Assembly (NCBI RefSeq): GCF_009914755.1
Contig: NC_060926.1
Reading direction: 5' to 3' (one strand)
Source of the DNA: the human T2T-CHM13v2.0 reference genome, Homo sapiens
Length of the DNA stretch: 64,000 nucleotides
The position numbers and the translations under genes are program-made. Positions 13,816 through 35,943 of the stretch are shown here, piece after piece. Under the pieces are notes generated by a model, which made no database searches, was not told the DNA's origin, and saw only the letters and a program-made list of their open reading frames with translations. Each line of letters starts with the position of its first letter. Within the stretch, counting starts at the first letter, position 1.

Positions 13816-14302
13816 ATTTGTAGAAAACAAAATTTTAGAAATGGAGAGCAGATTAATGATTGCTGGAAACTAAGGAGAGGTAGGGAAGAAGGGAAGTGGA
13901 TGTGGATATAAAATGGCAACATGATTGATAGATCTTTGTGGTTATGGAAATACTGTATATCCTAACTGTATTAATGTCAATATCCTAGGTGTAATATTAT
14001 ACTATAGCTTTTGCAACGTGCTACCATCAGAGTAAACTGAGTAAAGGGTATATAAGATTGCTTTTTTTATTTCTTATAACTGCATGTGAAACAATAGTAA
14101 TTTCAAGTAAAAATTGAATTAAAAAACAGAAAGAAAATATTGCTTTTATATTGTCAACTAGTATATTACATAGATTAAGTGCACAGCCTATACAAAAATT
14201 TAAAGATTTTTCTCTATATTATGCTGTCTTCACTAAAGAAAGAAAATGATTGCCTTCCAAGTAACCACAATCAATGGGAATTTAGAGATAAGTAGAAAGG
14301 GA

Positions 14303-14309
14303 ACACACA

Positions 14310-14352
<43 letters not shown>
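14303..14352. repeat. (CA)n microsatellite
   Basis: Direct reading. Confidence 0.98.
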
Positions 14353-14355
<3 letters not shown>

Positions 14356-14754
14356 CTGATGCAAAGCCCTCTTAGCCACAGTGGAATAAAGAGATGTTGT
14401 AGCATAACTGCTGCTAATGAAACAATCATCAATATTTTAAAATGCTTTCAGTGCTTTAAAATCAATCCTGAATAGAATAATAGAATAAAATCAATCCTGA
14501 CTATAACAATAATAGAACTGCTCCATTTTGTTGGAGCAGTTCTCTGAAAGATCAGCGCCATTGTAAGTTGAACGCTAAACGATCCAGGTCTGTTTCTTTC
14601 TTTTTTTTCTTTTTTCTTTTTTTTCCTAAGAGACATCTTGGCAGCAGAGGGGTGGAGTGAGGTGCTAAGTATACACACTGCACCATATGGGGACACTGGT
14701 TGTACTTACATTTCATTCTACTATATTTTTCTGATCTAAGGCTTTTGTAATCAG

Positions 14755-15430
14755 TGTATTCATTTTCTATTACTGTTATAAAAAATTATCACAAATTTAG
14801 TGGCTGAAAATAACATAAAGTTTATAATCTTACATTTCTAGAGGTCAGTTAATGATGGTTCTCATCAGACTATTACAAATTATCACAAATGTAGTGGCTT
14901 AAAACAACATAAAATTTGTAATCCTACAGTTCAGGAGGTCAGTTCATTATTGTTCTCATCAGGCTAAAATCAAGTTATCAACAGGTTATGTTGCTTTGGA
15001 AGTTCTAGGGAAGAATCCATTTCCTGGTCATTCAGATGGTTGACAGAACTCAGCTCCTTGTGGCTGTAGGACCGAGGTCCTCATTTTCTTGCTGGCTGTA
15101 AACTTGGGGCCACTTCCTGCCTCTAAAGTCAGCCGCATTTCTTGGCTCCTAGCCCTCTCTCTCTCCACTTGCATAGACAGCAATAGTGGGTGAAGTCTTT
15201 CATACACACTATATCTCGGGCTCACTTTTCTGCCTTTCTTTTCCACTTTTAATGGCTCACATTATTAGATTGGGCCACTTGGATAATCCTGGGTAATCTC
15301 ATCTCAAAATCCTTAACCTAATCACATCACCAAAGCCCCTTGGCTCACATAAGGTAACATATTCACAGGTTTTGGGGACTGAGGCATTACTCTCTGACTG
15401 TCTTTTGGGTTCTGTTATTCTGCCTACCAT
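14755..15430 (-). mobile_element. MLT1 (D/E-like) LTR with an internal ~94-bp tandem duplication
   Basis: 'tgtattcattttctattactgttata...cacaaatttagtggct' start, 'ttctgcctacca' end. The segment ~14780-14872 is repeated at ~14873-14966. Confidence 0.8.
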
Positions 15431-15667
15431 GATCAGCCATTTTGCTGGGCTGGCATGGTGGGTAGGGAAGGAAGGCCGTATGTCTCAATTGCACAGCCAT
15501 GCCAGGATTGTTGTTTCTTAGACATGCCCTGCTTTGCAATTATTCCTAGGTTGTCTCTGGGCCAACATCTCCGTGTTTTGGAGATTCTAAAGGATTGCAC
15601 TTGTTGATTTCTTTCCCTCCTTTCCTTGGTCTATTCATGTTTTCATTATTCAACAATGAATACTCAC

Positions 15668-16033
15668 TGTCTTACTCCATTTAGGTGGCTGCAACAAAAT
15701 ACAATAGACCAGGTGGTTTACAAATGATAGACATTTGTTTCTCACAGTTCTAGTGGTTCAGAAGTCCAAGATCAAGGTGCTGGCAGATAGAGTGTCTAGT
15801 GAGGGCCTGCTTTCCATTTACAGTGATACCTTCTTTCTGCATCCTCACATTGGCGGAAGGGATAAAGCATCTCTCTGGGACATCTTTTATAAGGGCACTA
15901 ATTCTATTTATGAGGAATGACCTTATTGCCTCCCAAGGCCCCACTTTCTAATACTAATTATATTGGTGATTGGGTTTCAGCATATGAATTGTGTGTAGGG
16001 GTGAGGAGGGGAACAAATATTCAGACCAGAGTA
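15668..16033 (-). mobile_element. MLT1A-like LTR
   Basis: 'tttctcacagttct...gaagtccaagatcaaggtgctggcagat...acaaatattcagacca'. Confidence 0.8.
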
Positions 16034-16093
16034 CTCACTGTGTTCCACGGTTCAGGTACTATTGTAGGTGATGTGCATACTGAGAGGTATTAA

Positions 16094-16606
<513 letters not shown>

Positions 16607-18719
16607 AGAGCTTAGTTTCTGAAGGAGAGGGCAGAGTAAATGGGAGACTTTTAGATAGTGATGTACAGTATAAATGACAGCAGGGTAACTGTGGATTGGC
16701 TGGTGGGGAACATATTTCTCAAAAGAGAACATTTACACTCATTTCAGACAGAAAAAGCAAGATGTACACAAGTCTAGAGGCAAGTCTAGAGGCAAGAATG
16801 TGGCCAATAGGCAGAGGGAACAAATGGTTACTGGAATAATTTCTGAATAAGGCCTAACTTAAGGATGAACTTGATGTCTTGGCATTTACAAAGAAGGCTG
16901 GTGCATATTGTCTTTTTTTGTGATGGTTTCCCTCTTCCACATGTAGGATTTGGCCAGCTAAAGCTTGCACTTCACAATCCATTCTGAGGTTGAGTACAAA
17001 TCTGAGAAGTGAGTATCATAGTATTCTTCTCATTTTCTCCCCATCATTCTCCATAAGTCTCATAGCATCCTCATGACTATCTCAAATAATAGTCCTGATC
17101 ACTGACTAACACTGAGGTTTTTCTCCCAAGATATCTGACAGGTATAGTATATGCTTCTTCACTTAAAAATAAAGAAAAGAGAAAGAAAAAAAGTATCAGG
17201 AGAGAAATCACAGTTGTAGGGAAGTGGTTCAGTCTGTAATTTACATGTCACACATTAGAGTATAGTCCTTACCAAGAGACAAGGAAAATATCTACGTACA
17301 TTCCAAGTCCTAAAAAATTTTTGATTACTGAGATTCAGAGCCTTACTTTACAAAACAAAATAGAACATTCTTGTGTTTCACAATTGCAATGATCACTGCA
17401 CCTGCCAAAACAACTAAGCAATGAGGTTCAAACAAATTAATGGGAGATAGTTGCAATTTTTTGTGCAACATGTTAAAATAAAGTCGGAAAATTTATTTTT
17501 TTAAAAAAAGCAAGTGGAGAATAGAGCATTATGGAACACTTCAAATCATTAATTTGACTGAATTTTTTCTTCCCAGTTTCTCAGCTTTGCAAAGTTCGCA
17601 AATAGTCCCTGTGGCACTGCTCTCCAAAATGTAAGCTTCTACCAATTCTGAGAGCAGGAAGGGGTGGTGCAATTAGCCTGATCATTCTGGTTGGCAGCTG
17701 TCAGAATTTGAGCATCTAAAGGTTTGGGAGGGTGGCAGGTGCTTTTCTCTTAGTGTGGTCTCAAAACAGAGTCAGAAGTCAGTAGATTTCATTCTGATTT
17801 CTGGAAGAGGTATGAGGAGCTAGAATGTAAGAATTCTGAAGTTTCATATCAAAGATTCAATGATAGTCATAAAACTTGAAGGGATTACTGTACAGGGCCT
17901 GAACAGTTTCTAAGGGCAGGTGAAAATGACTAAGATTTACCTGTGTGGGCATAAGGAAATGCCTTACTTAGCTTTAAGGATATAGGCATAGAAAAGGAAC
18001 AAGTGAGATGTGATATTTATTTAGCAGCTTAAGGAACCAGTATGCTCAGAGGCAGCAGTGAAATGGGAAGAAGCCCTTACATAGTCTAGTTATGGCTACT
18101 CTTGTCCATGCGGCCTCCTAATATCCCTCCCCAGTGTCTGCAGCATTGATGACACTGATCAAGTCAACAGAACACATCTGAATATGATCAACTTAGTAAT
18201 CAACATTTAGCTTTAACAGTAAGCACCTGAATACGTTAACGTACGCTTTTGGAAGATGGCTTTTGAGCATGGCTGAACCATGTTTTTTGAGCCAATGGGT
18301 CTCAACCCTGTCTATACATCCATACTTAAGCCCTTCAAAGACTGACCAAGTTAGAATTTTTAGAGATAATGCCCAGGCATCTGTATTTTATAAAGGTTTC
18401 TGTGGTAAATCTAATGTGCAAAGTCTATATGAACCTTTACTAAATCTACATAAGACCTTGAAATGATATGTTTGCAAATATTTTATTTTATAGAGCAGAT
18501 CACAGGCCTAGGGAAAAGACAACTTGCTTAAGATATTATGTAGTGCTGGGCCTAGAATAGAAATATTCTAAATCTTGCCATTTAGAAGAGGCCATGGCCG
18601 TTCAAGCGAAAGTGCCAGGTCATATAGGGCAAATATAATTTTGCTTTTACAAGTCTTTAAGGGATTACTTTATACATCCTTATATTTCCTAGCAAACTTT
18701 ATAGGTTTTCACAATGTTC

Positions 18720-19340
18720 AATAATTTATTCAGCCCACACATACTTATAGAGCTCCTTTTCAATAGCAGATCTTTTTTTAGGTACTTGGATTCCATTAGT
18801 GAATAAAACATTCACAGACCCTTGTCCTCCTGTTTTTTTTATATGTTCTCCTAGGAGAAGGCAGACAATCAACAACACACATAGAAGTACATGAATTGGT
18901 TTAATGGAAGGTGATATGTACTTTTAAGAAGGAAAAGTTGAGCAGAGGTGTTGAGAATACTGGGTACTTTTAGCATTAAGCAGAATGGTGGGGTTTGGCC
19001 CTACTGAGATAGTGATCACTGAGGAAAGGATGGTGGGAGTGAATATCAGAGGGAATAGAGAGAATGGTTCCAAGGGAAAGTTGCAGGATAGGAAGGAGGT
19101 TGGGGAGGAGCAAATCATAAAAGCCCTTGTAGACCATTTAAGGACTCTGATTTTATTCTCAATGAAATGGGGAGCCTTTGGAGGGTTTTGAGTAGAGAAG
19201 AGAAATGCGATTGATGTTGTCAAAAGATTAGCTTGGCTGTGATGTGGGAATAGAGTCCACAGAAATGAGAGAAGATAAGTGCTCCATCTATGGGGGCATC
19301 AGGGCAGGGGTAAGAACTAGGAACATTCTGAAGATATTTT
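18720..19340 (-). mobile_element. L2 LINE fragment
   Basis: 'atttattcagcc...gtgaataaaaca...gcccttgtagaccatttaaggactctgattttattct...ggagggttttgag'. Confidence 0.7.
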
Positions 19341-19714
19341 GTTGTTTGTTTAAAGGTACATTTTAAAATTTGTTTAAAAACATTTACGCACAGTAGAATT
19401 CACTTTCTTTTGAGTGTGTAGAGTTCTGGGTGTTTTGACAAACTTATCAAGTCAGGTAACCACCACCTAATCAGAATACAAGATGATTCCCTCTTCTCCC
19501 CCAAACTTCCCCTATACTATACCTTTGGAGTCCTTCAACCATCTTCAACCACCCCTCACCCCTGGCAACTACTGATTTATTCTCCATTCCAAAATTTGTT
19601 GTTGTTGGTTTTTTTCCTCAGAATGTCACATAAATGTAAGTATGCATTATGAAATCATTTGTATGGTTTCTTTTTCTTAGCACAATGCACTTGAAGTTTA
19701 TCCAGGTTGTTGTA

Positions 19715-20145
19715 TGCCATGGTTTGAATGTATGCGTCACTCTAAAATTTTTATGTTGGAATGTAAACCTCGAGGTGATAGTATTAAGAGGTGGGCTTTT
19801 TTTATTTTTAAAGGAAGTGATTAAATCATGAGGGCTTTGTCCTCATAATAGATCTGTGCTCTCATAAAAGAGTTTGAATGGAGTGTTCTAGTGCCTTTTG
19901 CCCTTCCATCCCTTCTGCCATGTGAGAACACAATATTCTTTCCTTTTTGCCCTCTTCTGCCATGTGAGGACATAGCAAGAAGGCACAATGTTGGAAGCAG
20001 TGAGCAGTACCCACCAGACATCAAATCTGCTAATGCCTTGATCTTGGAATTCCCACCTTCCAGAACAGTGAGAAATAAATTTTTATTGTTTGGAAATTAC
20101 CTAGTTTAAGGTATTTTGCTATAGCAGCAGAAGCAGACTAAGACA
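19715..20145 (+). mobile_element. MST (C/D-like) LTR
   Basis: TG...CA ends (tgccatggtttgaatgt...gactaagaca). 5-bp TSD ttgta/ttgtg. Confidence 0.85.
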
Positions 20146-21339
20146 TTGTGTCTAACAATAATTCACATTTTTTAATTGCAGAATTGTATTTTGTTGTATG
20201 AATGCACCTCAGTTTATCCATTTACTTACTGAAGAACATTTGGTATATTTCCAGTTTTCTGACAATTAAGAATTTGCTGTTATAAAACCAAGGTGGAAGT
20301 TTTTGTGTGAATATACACTTTCATTTCTCTAAAGTAAATATGTAGGAGTGGAATTTCTGGGTCATATGATAAGTTTATGGTTTAACTTTATAGGAAACTG
20401 CCAAATTATTTTCCATAGTGACTACCATTTTGAATTCTTACCAGCAACTTAGGAGAGTTCTATTGCTCTACATTCCCATCAATATTGGATAGTATCAATT
20501 TTATTTTAATTTAATCATTCTAATGAGTATGTAGTGGTATGCCAACGTAGTTTCAATTTGCATTTAACTAATGATTACTGATGTTTAATGTCTTTTCTGT
20601 GCTTCTTTTCCATCTACACATCTTCCGTAATGATTTATCTGTTCAAAGTTTTATCCATTTTTCCTTTTTTTAGAAATTGAAACATTGTTGAGTTTTGAGG
20701 TTTTACACTCATTCACACACACATTCTAAATATAATACCAAATTTTTCAGATATATAATTAATAGATATTTTATTTACAGTTTGTAAGTTATGTTTCTAT
20801 TCTCTTAACAGGCCTTTCATGGTAACAAAGTTTTTCATTTTGTTGAAGTCTAATTTGTCAATTTTTTTCTTTGATGAAGCATGATTTTGGTGTCATTTTC
20901 AAGAACTCTTTTCTTAGCCTAATTTTCTTATTTTTCTAAAGGTTTTATAATTTTACATTTAAGTTTATAATCCATTTTGTATTAATTTTTGTATAAAGAA
21001 TAAGATATTGGTTGATGTTATCTTCTTCATGTAAATGTTTCATTGTTCCAAAACAGTTTGTTAGAAAGAATATCCTTTCTCCATTAAATTGTCTTTGCAA
21101 CTTTGTCAACAATCACTTGACCATATTTGTGTATGTCTATTTCTGGACTTTCTATTCTGCTATACTCTTCTGTGTGTTTATCCATTTGTCACTACTATGA
21201 CAGTCTTCATTACTGTAACTTTATAGTGAGCCTTAAAATCAGTTAGTGTGAGCCCTCCAATTTTGTTCTTCATTATCAAAGTTCTTTCGGCTATTCTAGT
21301 TCTTTCAACAAAAAAATTTTAGAGATAGCTGATTGATAT

Positions 21340-21741
21340 TGTATTAGTCTGCTCAGGCAGCCACAGCCAAATCCCAAAGACTAGGTGGCTTAAACAACAG
21401 AAATTTATTTCTCATAGTTCTGAGGGAGTCTAAGATCAAAGTGCCGTCTGATTTGGTTTTTGGTGAGGGCTCCCTTCCTGGCTTACAGAAAGCTGCTTCT
21501 CACTGTGACCTCACACGGCAGAGAGAGAGAGAAAGAGTTAGCTCTGTGGTGTCTCTTCTAATAAGAACAACAATTCTACTGGATCAGGGCCTCATCCTTA
21601 CGATCTCGTTTAACATTAGGTATCCTCATAAAGGCCGTGACTCCAAATACAGTCACATTGCTAGTTGGGCCTTTAACACATGCATTTTGGAGGTATTTAA
21701 CACATGAATTTTGAAGAAACACAAATATTCAGTTCTTAACA
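21340..21741 (-). mobile_element. MLT1A-like LTR
   Basis: tgtattagtctgctcagg...attcagttcttaaca. TSD gatat/gatct. Confidence 0.85.
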
Positions 21742-22309
21742 GATCTCTATGGGAAAGCCTGCTGGTATGATTTAGGTTTGCACTGAATTTATATATTAAT
21801 TTGGGAATTGTGGTTTTGAATGATTCATTCTCATAAGAAAGATATTATTTCTTTAGCATTTGGAATATTACATTGTCTTATGAGATGAAATGCACTTTGA
21901 ATGTTTAATTCTATCAACTTCTAATTATTAGAAACACATATACATGTGCAATAGCTAAGGATATATCTGGTAGTGAGGAAAAAAGCCCTCTTATCTGTGA
22001 AGTAATTTCCATAAAATATTGTAAATCCAGATGGAAAAACTATGTAGGTATGATATTGATATATACAGAAAAGATAGTGAAAATATTTATATATTTATGT
22101 AATTGTTACCACTTCTTATTTATGCAGAATAATTAAAATAGATGTATTGAAAGTTCACTGATGAACACTTGATGCCATTTGTTTCCTCTTTCTTTGTTAG
22201 CTTTAATTTACTATTTTACAGATGTTTCATATAATGAAAAATGGCTTTTGTTGATTTTTAAAATCCTCTTTAAAAAGATTATTTGAAATAAAATGATGCA
22301 TTCTATTTA

Positions 22310-23840
<1,531 letters not shown>

Positions 23841-23999
23841 AGATGAGGGGAATTATGGAAGAGTAAATGATGTAGGAAAAGCATAAAAGCAGGAGCCAAG
23901 AGATTAGAAGCTGGGAGAATTTTCCTCTCCATATATGGTGTGCTGAATAACACTATGCAAGTGCACCTCCCACACAGACACGCCCATAACACTTGTGGG

Positions 24000-24385
24000 A
24001 CTTTACTATAAAGTTACAGTAATCAAGACTCTTACGTACTAACAAATAGATAAACACACAGATGAGTACAGCAGAATAGAAAGTGCAGAAATAGACATAC
24101 ACAAATATGGTCAACTGACTGTTGGCAAAGTTACAAAGACAATTTAATGGAGAAAGGATATTCTTTCTAACAAACTGTTCTGGAACAAAGAAACATTCAT
24201 ATGAAAAAAAAACCTCAGCTAATATCTTATTCCTTATACAAAAATTAACACAAAATGGATTATAAACTTAAATGTAAAATGCAAAATAATAAAACCTTTA
24301 GAAAAATAGAAAATTAGCTAAGGAAAGAGTTCTTGAATATGACACCAAAATCATGCTTCATCACAGAAAAACAAACATCAATACT
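24000..24385 (+). mobile_element. Old L1M ORF2 fragment
   Basis: 'actttactataaagttacagtaatcaagac...cagaaatagac...ccttatacaaaaattaac...gacaccaaaa'. Confidence 0.75.
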
Positions 24386-24445
24386 GTAACAATGGAAACA
24401 CACAGACCTTCTGTCCCAGTGGCAAGCTACTTAGGGAGCTGTTAA

Positions 24446-24787
<342 letters not shown>

Positions 24788-25149
24788 AATAAAGCTCGTT
24801 TTATCTCCTTATTTGATTAACATACTTTCATAAGGTCAGAGAGGCCCGATTCTTGTCTTCCTAGAAGGTTCATAAGCAACCTTGGCAGGCGAAGGGAGAG
24901 CTGGCGCTGTCGCGTAGACTCTGGCCCCTTCCTCAGCCCACTCTCCTTGCTGGAGAGCCCATCGTTTTCAAAATCCTGTAGTGCTGCCTTGTGTGTACTG
25001 TGCGGGCTGATTTGCCAGAGGGCTTTACTCAGTGCCTTTCCACCTTCGCATTTGCTTCTTCCCTTGGTGCTGTGCTTCTCACTGGATGTCTCTGTGCTCT
25101 TACAGCTATCCTAGTGCCATTCCGCTACTACTTTATACTCTACACGTTG

Positions 25150-25400
25150 CTATTTCGGTGGTGCAAGACAGGGAAGGAGGACATTCTCTTAATTCTGATT
25201 AAGTCTCAGTCTCAGGCAAGTACTATACTCCTGGGTAAGGCTTTCTCATTGCTCCCTCCCCTAGCTGTAGTCCTGATCCCATCACGGAATTCCTGCTCTC
25301 TCTCCAGGGGAAAACAGTTGTTCTGCTTACTTTCCCAGCTGGGATGGGATTTACCCAGTGCCCTGAAGATGACAGTGGTGCCCTCCCCCAGCCCTGATAT
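25150..25400 (-). mobile_element. Possible ancient L1M (MD-like) 5'UTR remnant
   Basis: 'gggaaggaggacattctcttaattctgattaagtctcagtct' resembles recalled L1MD 5' sequence. Weak. Confidence 0.35.
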
Positions 25401-31579
<6,179 letters not shown>

Positions 31580-33739
31580 GCCACATGGGAAAAATTTTTA
31601 AAACAAATTATATGTAGATGTTTAGAATGGTCATTATTTTTAAAAACACTTTTCCTAGTCACAAAAATCTTGATCAAATATAAGTAATCAATTATATTTT
31701 TCTGCATTTCAGCTCTAAAACCTGAAGTAATTGTTGAGTCTTCTTTTGTAGATATAATTTTTTCCTCTAATGGAGGTTATGATTTCAAGAGCATATTGGA
31801 AAAAAATTCTGTGGAATAATTACATAACCCACATATTTAAATTTAGATATTAAATATTCATTTTTATTCCATAATTATAAAATTAAATTTTAAAATAATA
31901 AATTTTCCTCTATCTTAAAGTGTTTTTTGTTTTATATTTTTTAATATTTCAGTTACAAAACTACCAGCTGTGCGACTGTATACTTTGTGTTCCCAAAGCA
32001 CCTTGTAGGTCCTCTAGGATAGCTTGACAGTTACTGCTGATATTTTAATATTATTGCTTATTTGATGTCTGTCATCATTGTTACATTGTAAGCCTCCATG
32101 GAGGCAGCATACAAAGCTATAATATCTTGTTCATCTGGGTACCCACAGTGCTTAGTCAGGCTTTGGAATGCAGTAATCATTAATGAGTATTCAGTGAATG
32201 AATTAATATTAATGGTGACTTAATTTAAAATATTTTTATTTCCATTTATTTCTTAAACTATTAAATCTATATTTGGACTTTAAGAGGAACTCCTTTAAAA
32301 ATAACTGCTGTGTTTATTAGGTTCTGACTCTGGCTTTGGTGCTATTTTTGACAACAGCAAAGTAATAGCTGATTGATTTATGGGGGAGATAATGGCCATC
32401 ATTGGTGATGTTCTGTAAAATATCTTCTGAAGTGTCATTCAACAGAAGAGGTGGCATGGGCAGTAAAGAACTCTATTATCTAAGATTTTAGTCACAGGAT
32501 CGATTACATCTTATGTCTCTCATACAAATATTATCTTTGATGAAGTGAATAGCCCACAGAGTAGCCCAAACATTGTCAATGGTGCTATTTCAACTTTGAA
32601 AGTCTGTAAGACAAGGTTGTCAGTTTTCATGTGCAAAGTGCAATCTGTGCTGTGGATTTTTGTAAGAGATGTAGATACATTGTCTTCCTGCGAAACAAAT
32701 TTTTGTAATTAACCACACAAAAAAAAATGGTTTTTGATGTAAAGTGATTTGTCACAGAATCTGTATGTTGGTGAATGATTTTAGGTTTGGAAGCATACAC
32801 TGACATAATTATATTGATTTGGTTTGTTTTACTCCAAAGTTATTCTCGATGATCTATTCTCTTAGATTTAGTCCTTTAACAGATTTTCTGTGTTTGACTT
32901 TTGGCATCAAACCTCAAACTAGATTATAGAAGGAACAAGAAAAATAATCAGAGGCAGCTTCTTTAGGCATTAAACCTTAACCTACGTATTTGGCAAACTA
33001 CTGCCTTCACTATGACTCCAAGCTAGATTTGTGCTAGTTATGTATTGTTTTTCTTCATTGGAGAGAGTAGGATGGGATGTGGCATGTTGGTGAAAAGGCA
33101 CACACAGTCTCTTAATAGATATATTTTATATGTTATTAATTTAGTATTAATTAGTAAACCATTAAAATTAACATATATAATTAATATGTATCATAATTTG
33201 AATAGCAACTTTTATATACTAATTTGCAATAAAATAAGTATCAGGAATAAAATATCCCCTTAAAAAAGTTATGCCATAGTTTGTTTGTTTTTTTGTTTTT
33301 AGGTCATATTTGTTTATAAAGAAAAAAGCTGCATAGTGCTAATATATGATATCAGTTTTTATCCTTCCTCATGTACTGCAGCTTGTTTAGTGTTTTTTAT
33401 TCAACTTTATATATTGGCCTAGTAAATTAGTAAATTGAGTTCCATAAGCACAAACTCACTTGGGGATGCAGTAACCAAGAATCTCTCAACCCATAAGAAG
33501 CCCTTGATTAAATGCATTCAGATTAAAATCATATGTACATCATTTCTTCCCACACTTTTTGTACAAATTGTGTAATTGATAGAAATGAGAGGTTAAAGTT
33601 TGAAACAAAGGCAGGAGTCATAAAAAATGATTTATCATCAATACAATGGCTAGTGGAAGCCCACCTTTTACCAGTGAATCCTTCTTTTTATTCTTCTCAA
33701 CTGTTTGCCTCCATTTATTAATGGAAGAGATAAGTATGT

Positions 33740-33900
33740 GTGGGATATTGATGTGGAGAAAACAGTGTCTGCTTACAGGTATAAACATAACTTCATTCCT
33801 TACTCTATTACTTTCTAACTGGGTCACCTTGGAAAAACTCATAATGTTTTTGAGCTTGTTTCTTCACCTCAATAATAGGAAATACAACCCTGATAACAAT
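33740..33900 (+). mobile_element. MIR fragment
   Basis: 'ctactttctaactgggtcaccttggaaaaactcataatgtttttgagcttgtttcttcacct'-type core. Confidence 0.55.
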
Positions 33901-34182
33901 ACTGTGAGCTTTAAAAAGTGGGGGTTGCTTGTTACATAACTTACTGCATGCTTTCAAGGAGTAATTCTGAACATACTCTGTGAAGTGTTTGGAAGCCCCT
34001 GCAATGTGTAAAATAATTTACATGCTAAGAAATATACAATGGCTGCAACTTGTGAAGGATTCAATTATTTATTTATTTTTTTATTTTTGGCTATTTGCAA
34101 CATTTGCTATAGCTTAAAAGTTATTGGCTGTTATTACTAATGGATGTATTTTTTTTTCAGGTTTTCACAGAGGCCTTTGTGG

Positions 34183-34242
34183 AGAAGTATCTTCTAGACT
34201 AGGATTCTAGGAGTCTAGACTAGGAGTCTAGAAGATACTTCT
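34183..34242. repeat. Perfect 18-bp inverted repeat with 24-nt spacer
   Basis: agaagtatcttctagact (34183-34200) / agtctagaagatacttct (34225-34242). Confidence 0.95.
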
Positions 34243-34490
34243 TTCTCTTTACAAAAGTAAAGAGAAACATGATTTGTGGGAGGGTAATACATGGTTTAAT
34301 ATTTTTAAAAATATATGTTTCTATATTTTGAAATACTTGCCGTGTTTCAACTGCAACAGGAGCTTAGAAGTTGCTAGCTCAGATCTCTAATTTCCCAAGG
34401 GAAAAAGACGAGCCAGATGACTTTTAAAAGTTCCCACAGCTAGACAGTGTCAGGATATGGCTAAAATACTAGTGAATGCTCTTATGAACT

Positions 34491-35348
34491 TTGGTAGGCA
34501 GAATAATGACCCCCTAAAGGTGTCTATGTTCTAATCCCTGGAAGCTGAATATGTTACTGTATTAGTCTGTTCTCATGCTGCTAGCAAAGACAAACTCGAG
34601 ACTGGGTAATTTATAAAGGAAATAGGTTTAATTGACTCACAGTTCAGCATGGCTGGGGAGGCATCACAATCATGGTGGAAGGTAAAGGAGGAGCAAAGGC
34701 CTGTCTTACATGGCAGCAGGCAAGAGAGAGTGTGTAGGGGAACTGACCTTTATAAAACCATCAGATCTCGTGAGACGTATTCACTATCATGAGAACAGCA
34801 CGGGGAAAAACTTGCCCTCATGATTCAATTACCTCCCACTGGGGTCCCTCCCATGACATGTGGGGATTATGGGAGCTACAATTCAAGATGAGATTTGGGT
34901 ATGGACACAGCCAAACCATATCAGTTATCTTATACAGCACAGGGAAATTAAGGTTGTTGGTGAGATTAAAGCTGCTAATCAGCTGGCCTTGAGATGGCAA
35001 GATTATCCTGGACTGTCTCCGAGATCTAATGGAATCACATAGATTTTTATCAGTATAAGAACCAGGCGAGAGAGAGAGAGTCAGAGGGACATCTGAAGAC
35101 ACTAAGATTCTGCCTTTGAGGTTGGAGAAAGGGGTCATGAGCCAAGGAATTCAGATTCCCTGTAAAAGGCAAGGAAGTGGACTCTTCTTTAAGTCTCCAG
35201 AAGGAATGCAACCCTGCCGACAACTTCGTTTTAGCCCAGTGAGACCCATGTTGGATTTCTGATCCCCAGAACTGTATAATACATTTTGGTTGTTTTTAGC
35301 CACTAAGTTTGTGGTGATTTGTTACAGCAGCAGTAGAAATCAAATATA
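34491..35348 (+). mobile_element. MLT1D-like LTR, split by THE1
   Basis: 'ggtaggcagaataatgacccc...ctaatccctggaa' ... 'gcccagtgagaccc...agccactaagtttgtgg'. Confidence 0.85.
34558..34923 (-). mobile_element. THE1 (B/C-like) solo LTR
   Basis: tgtattagtctgttctcatgctgct...cagccaaaccatatca. TSD gttac/gttat. Confidence 0.92.
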
Positions 35349-35943
35349 TCAAATTATCAATATATCAAATTATTTCCTGGAACATTTCAGTTCAGGAGCT
35401 TGAGTCTTTACAAGTTAATATGATCTGGCAAGCTGGATGTACTTCCCTTTTAGACATAACCACCCAAGATAGGCTTGTTGTTCCAGTAAAATTTTAAATA
35501 CCATTCCAAGGATGTGTATAATACAATTATAGAAGATGTAAATACTGTTTAAAAAAAAAGAAATTAAACAATGGAAAAAGTTAAAGGCAGACTGAGTGAT
35601 CAAAGATATATTTGGAAGACATTCTTAGGAAAACAGTACCAAGCAGGGGCTAAAAAGTTACTTTCTTAGTATCATAGAATAAGGATTTGAAGACAAGGCA
35701 AAGACAGAGGAAATTTGAAATCCCCCTAGGAGAGTTTCACTGTCACTGCTGTGAAGCAAGTTTTTACTGTTAGAGAGTTACTGACTGAATAAACCTACAG
35801 CCCAGTTCAGGATGGCTACATGTTTCACAGATTAGCAAGAAGTAGAAACAAGTGACACAAAATCTCAGAAAGTGGGCTGATGGAGCCGAGAGAGGGCAAT
35901 TTTGCATCGGGGTAAAAAGGGAATGAACAAGAGTCTGCAAGTT

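Larger units (their letters stand above)
19350..21810 (-). mobile_element. Old L1M (MB/MC-type) 3' region, interrupted by two LTRs
   Basis: 'cctggcaactactgatt', 'ggagtggaatttctgggtcatatg', 'tcctttctccattaaattg', 'tactgtaactttatagtgagcc'. Confidence 0.8.
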
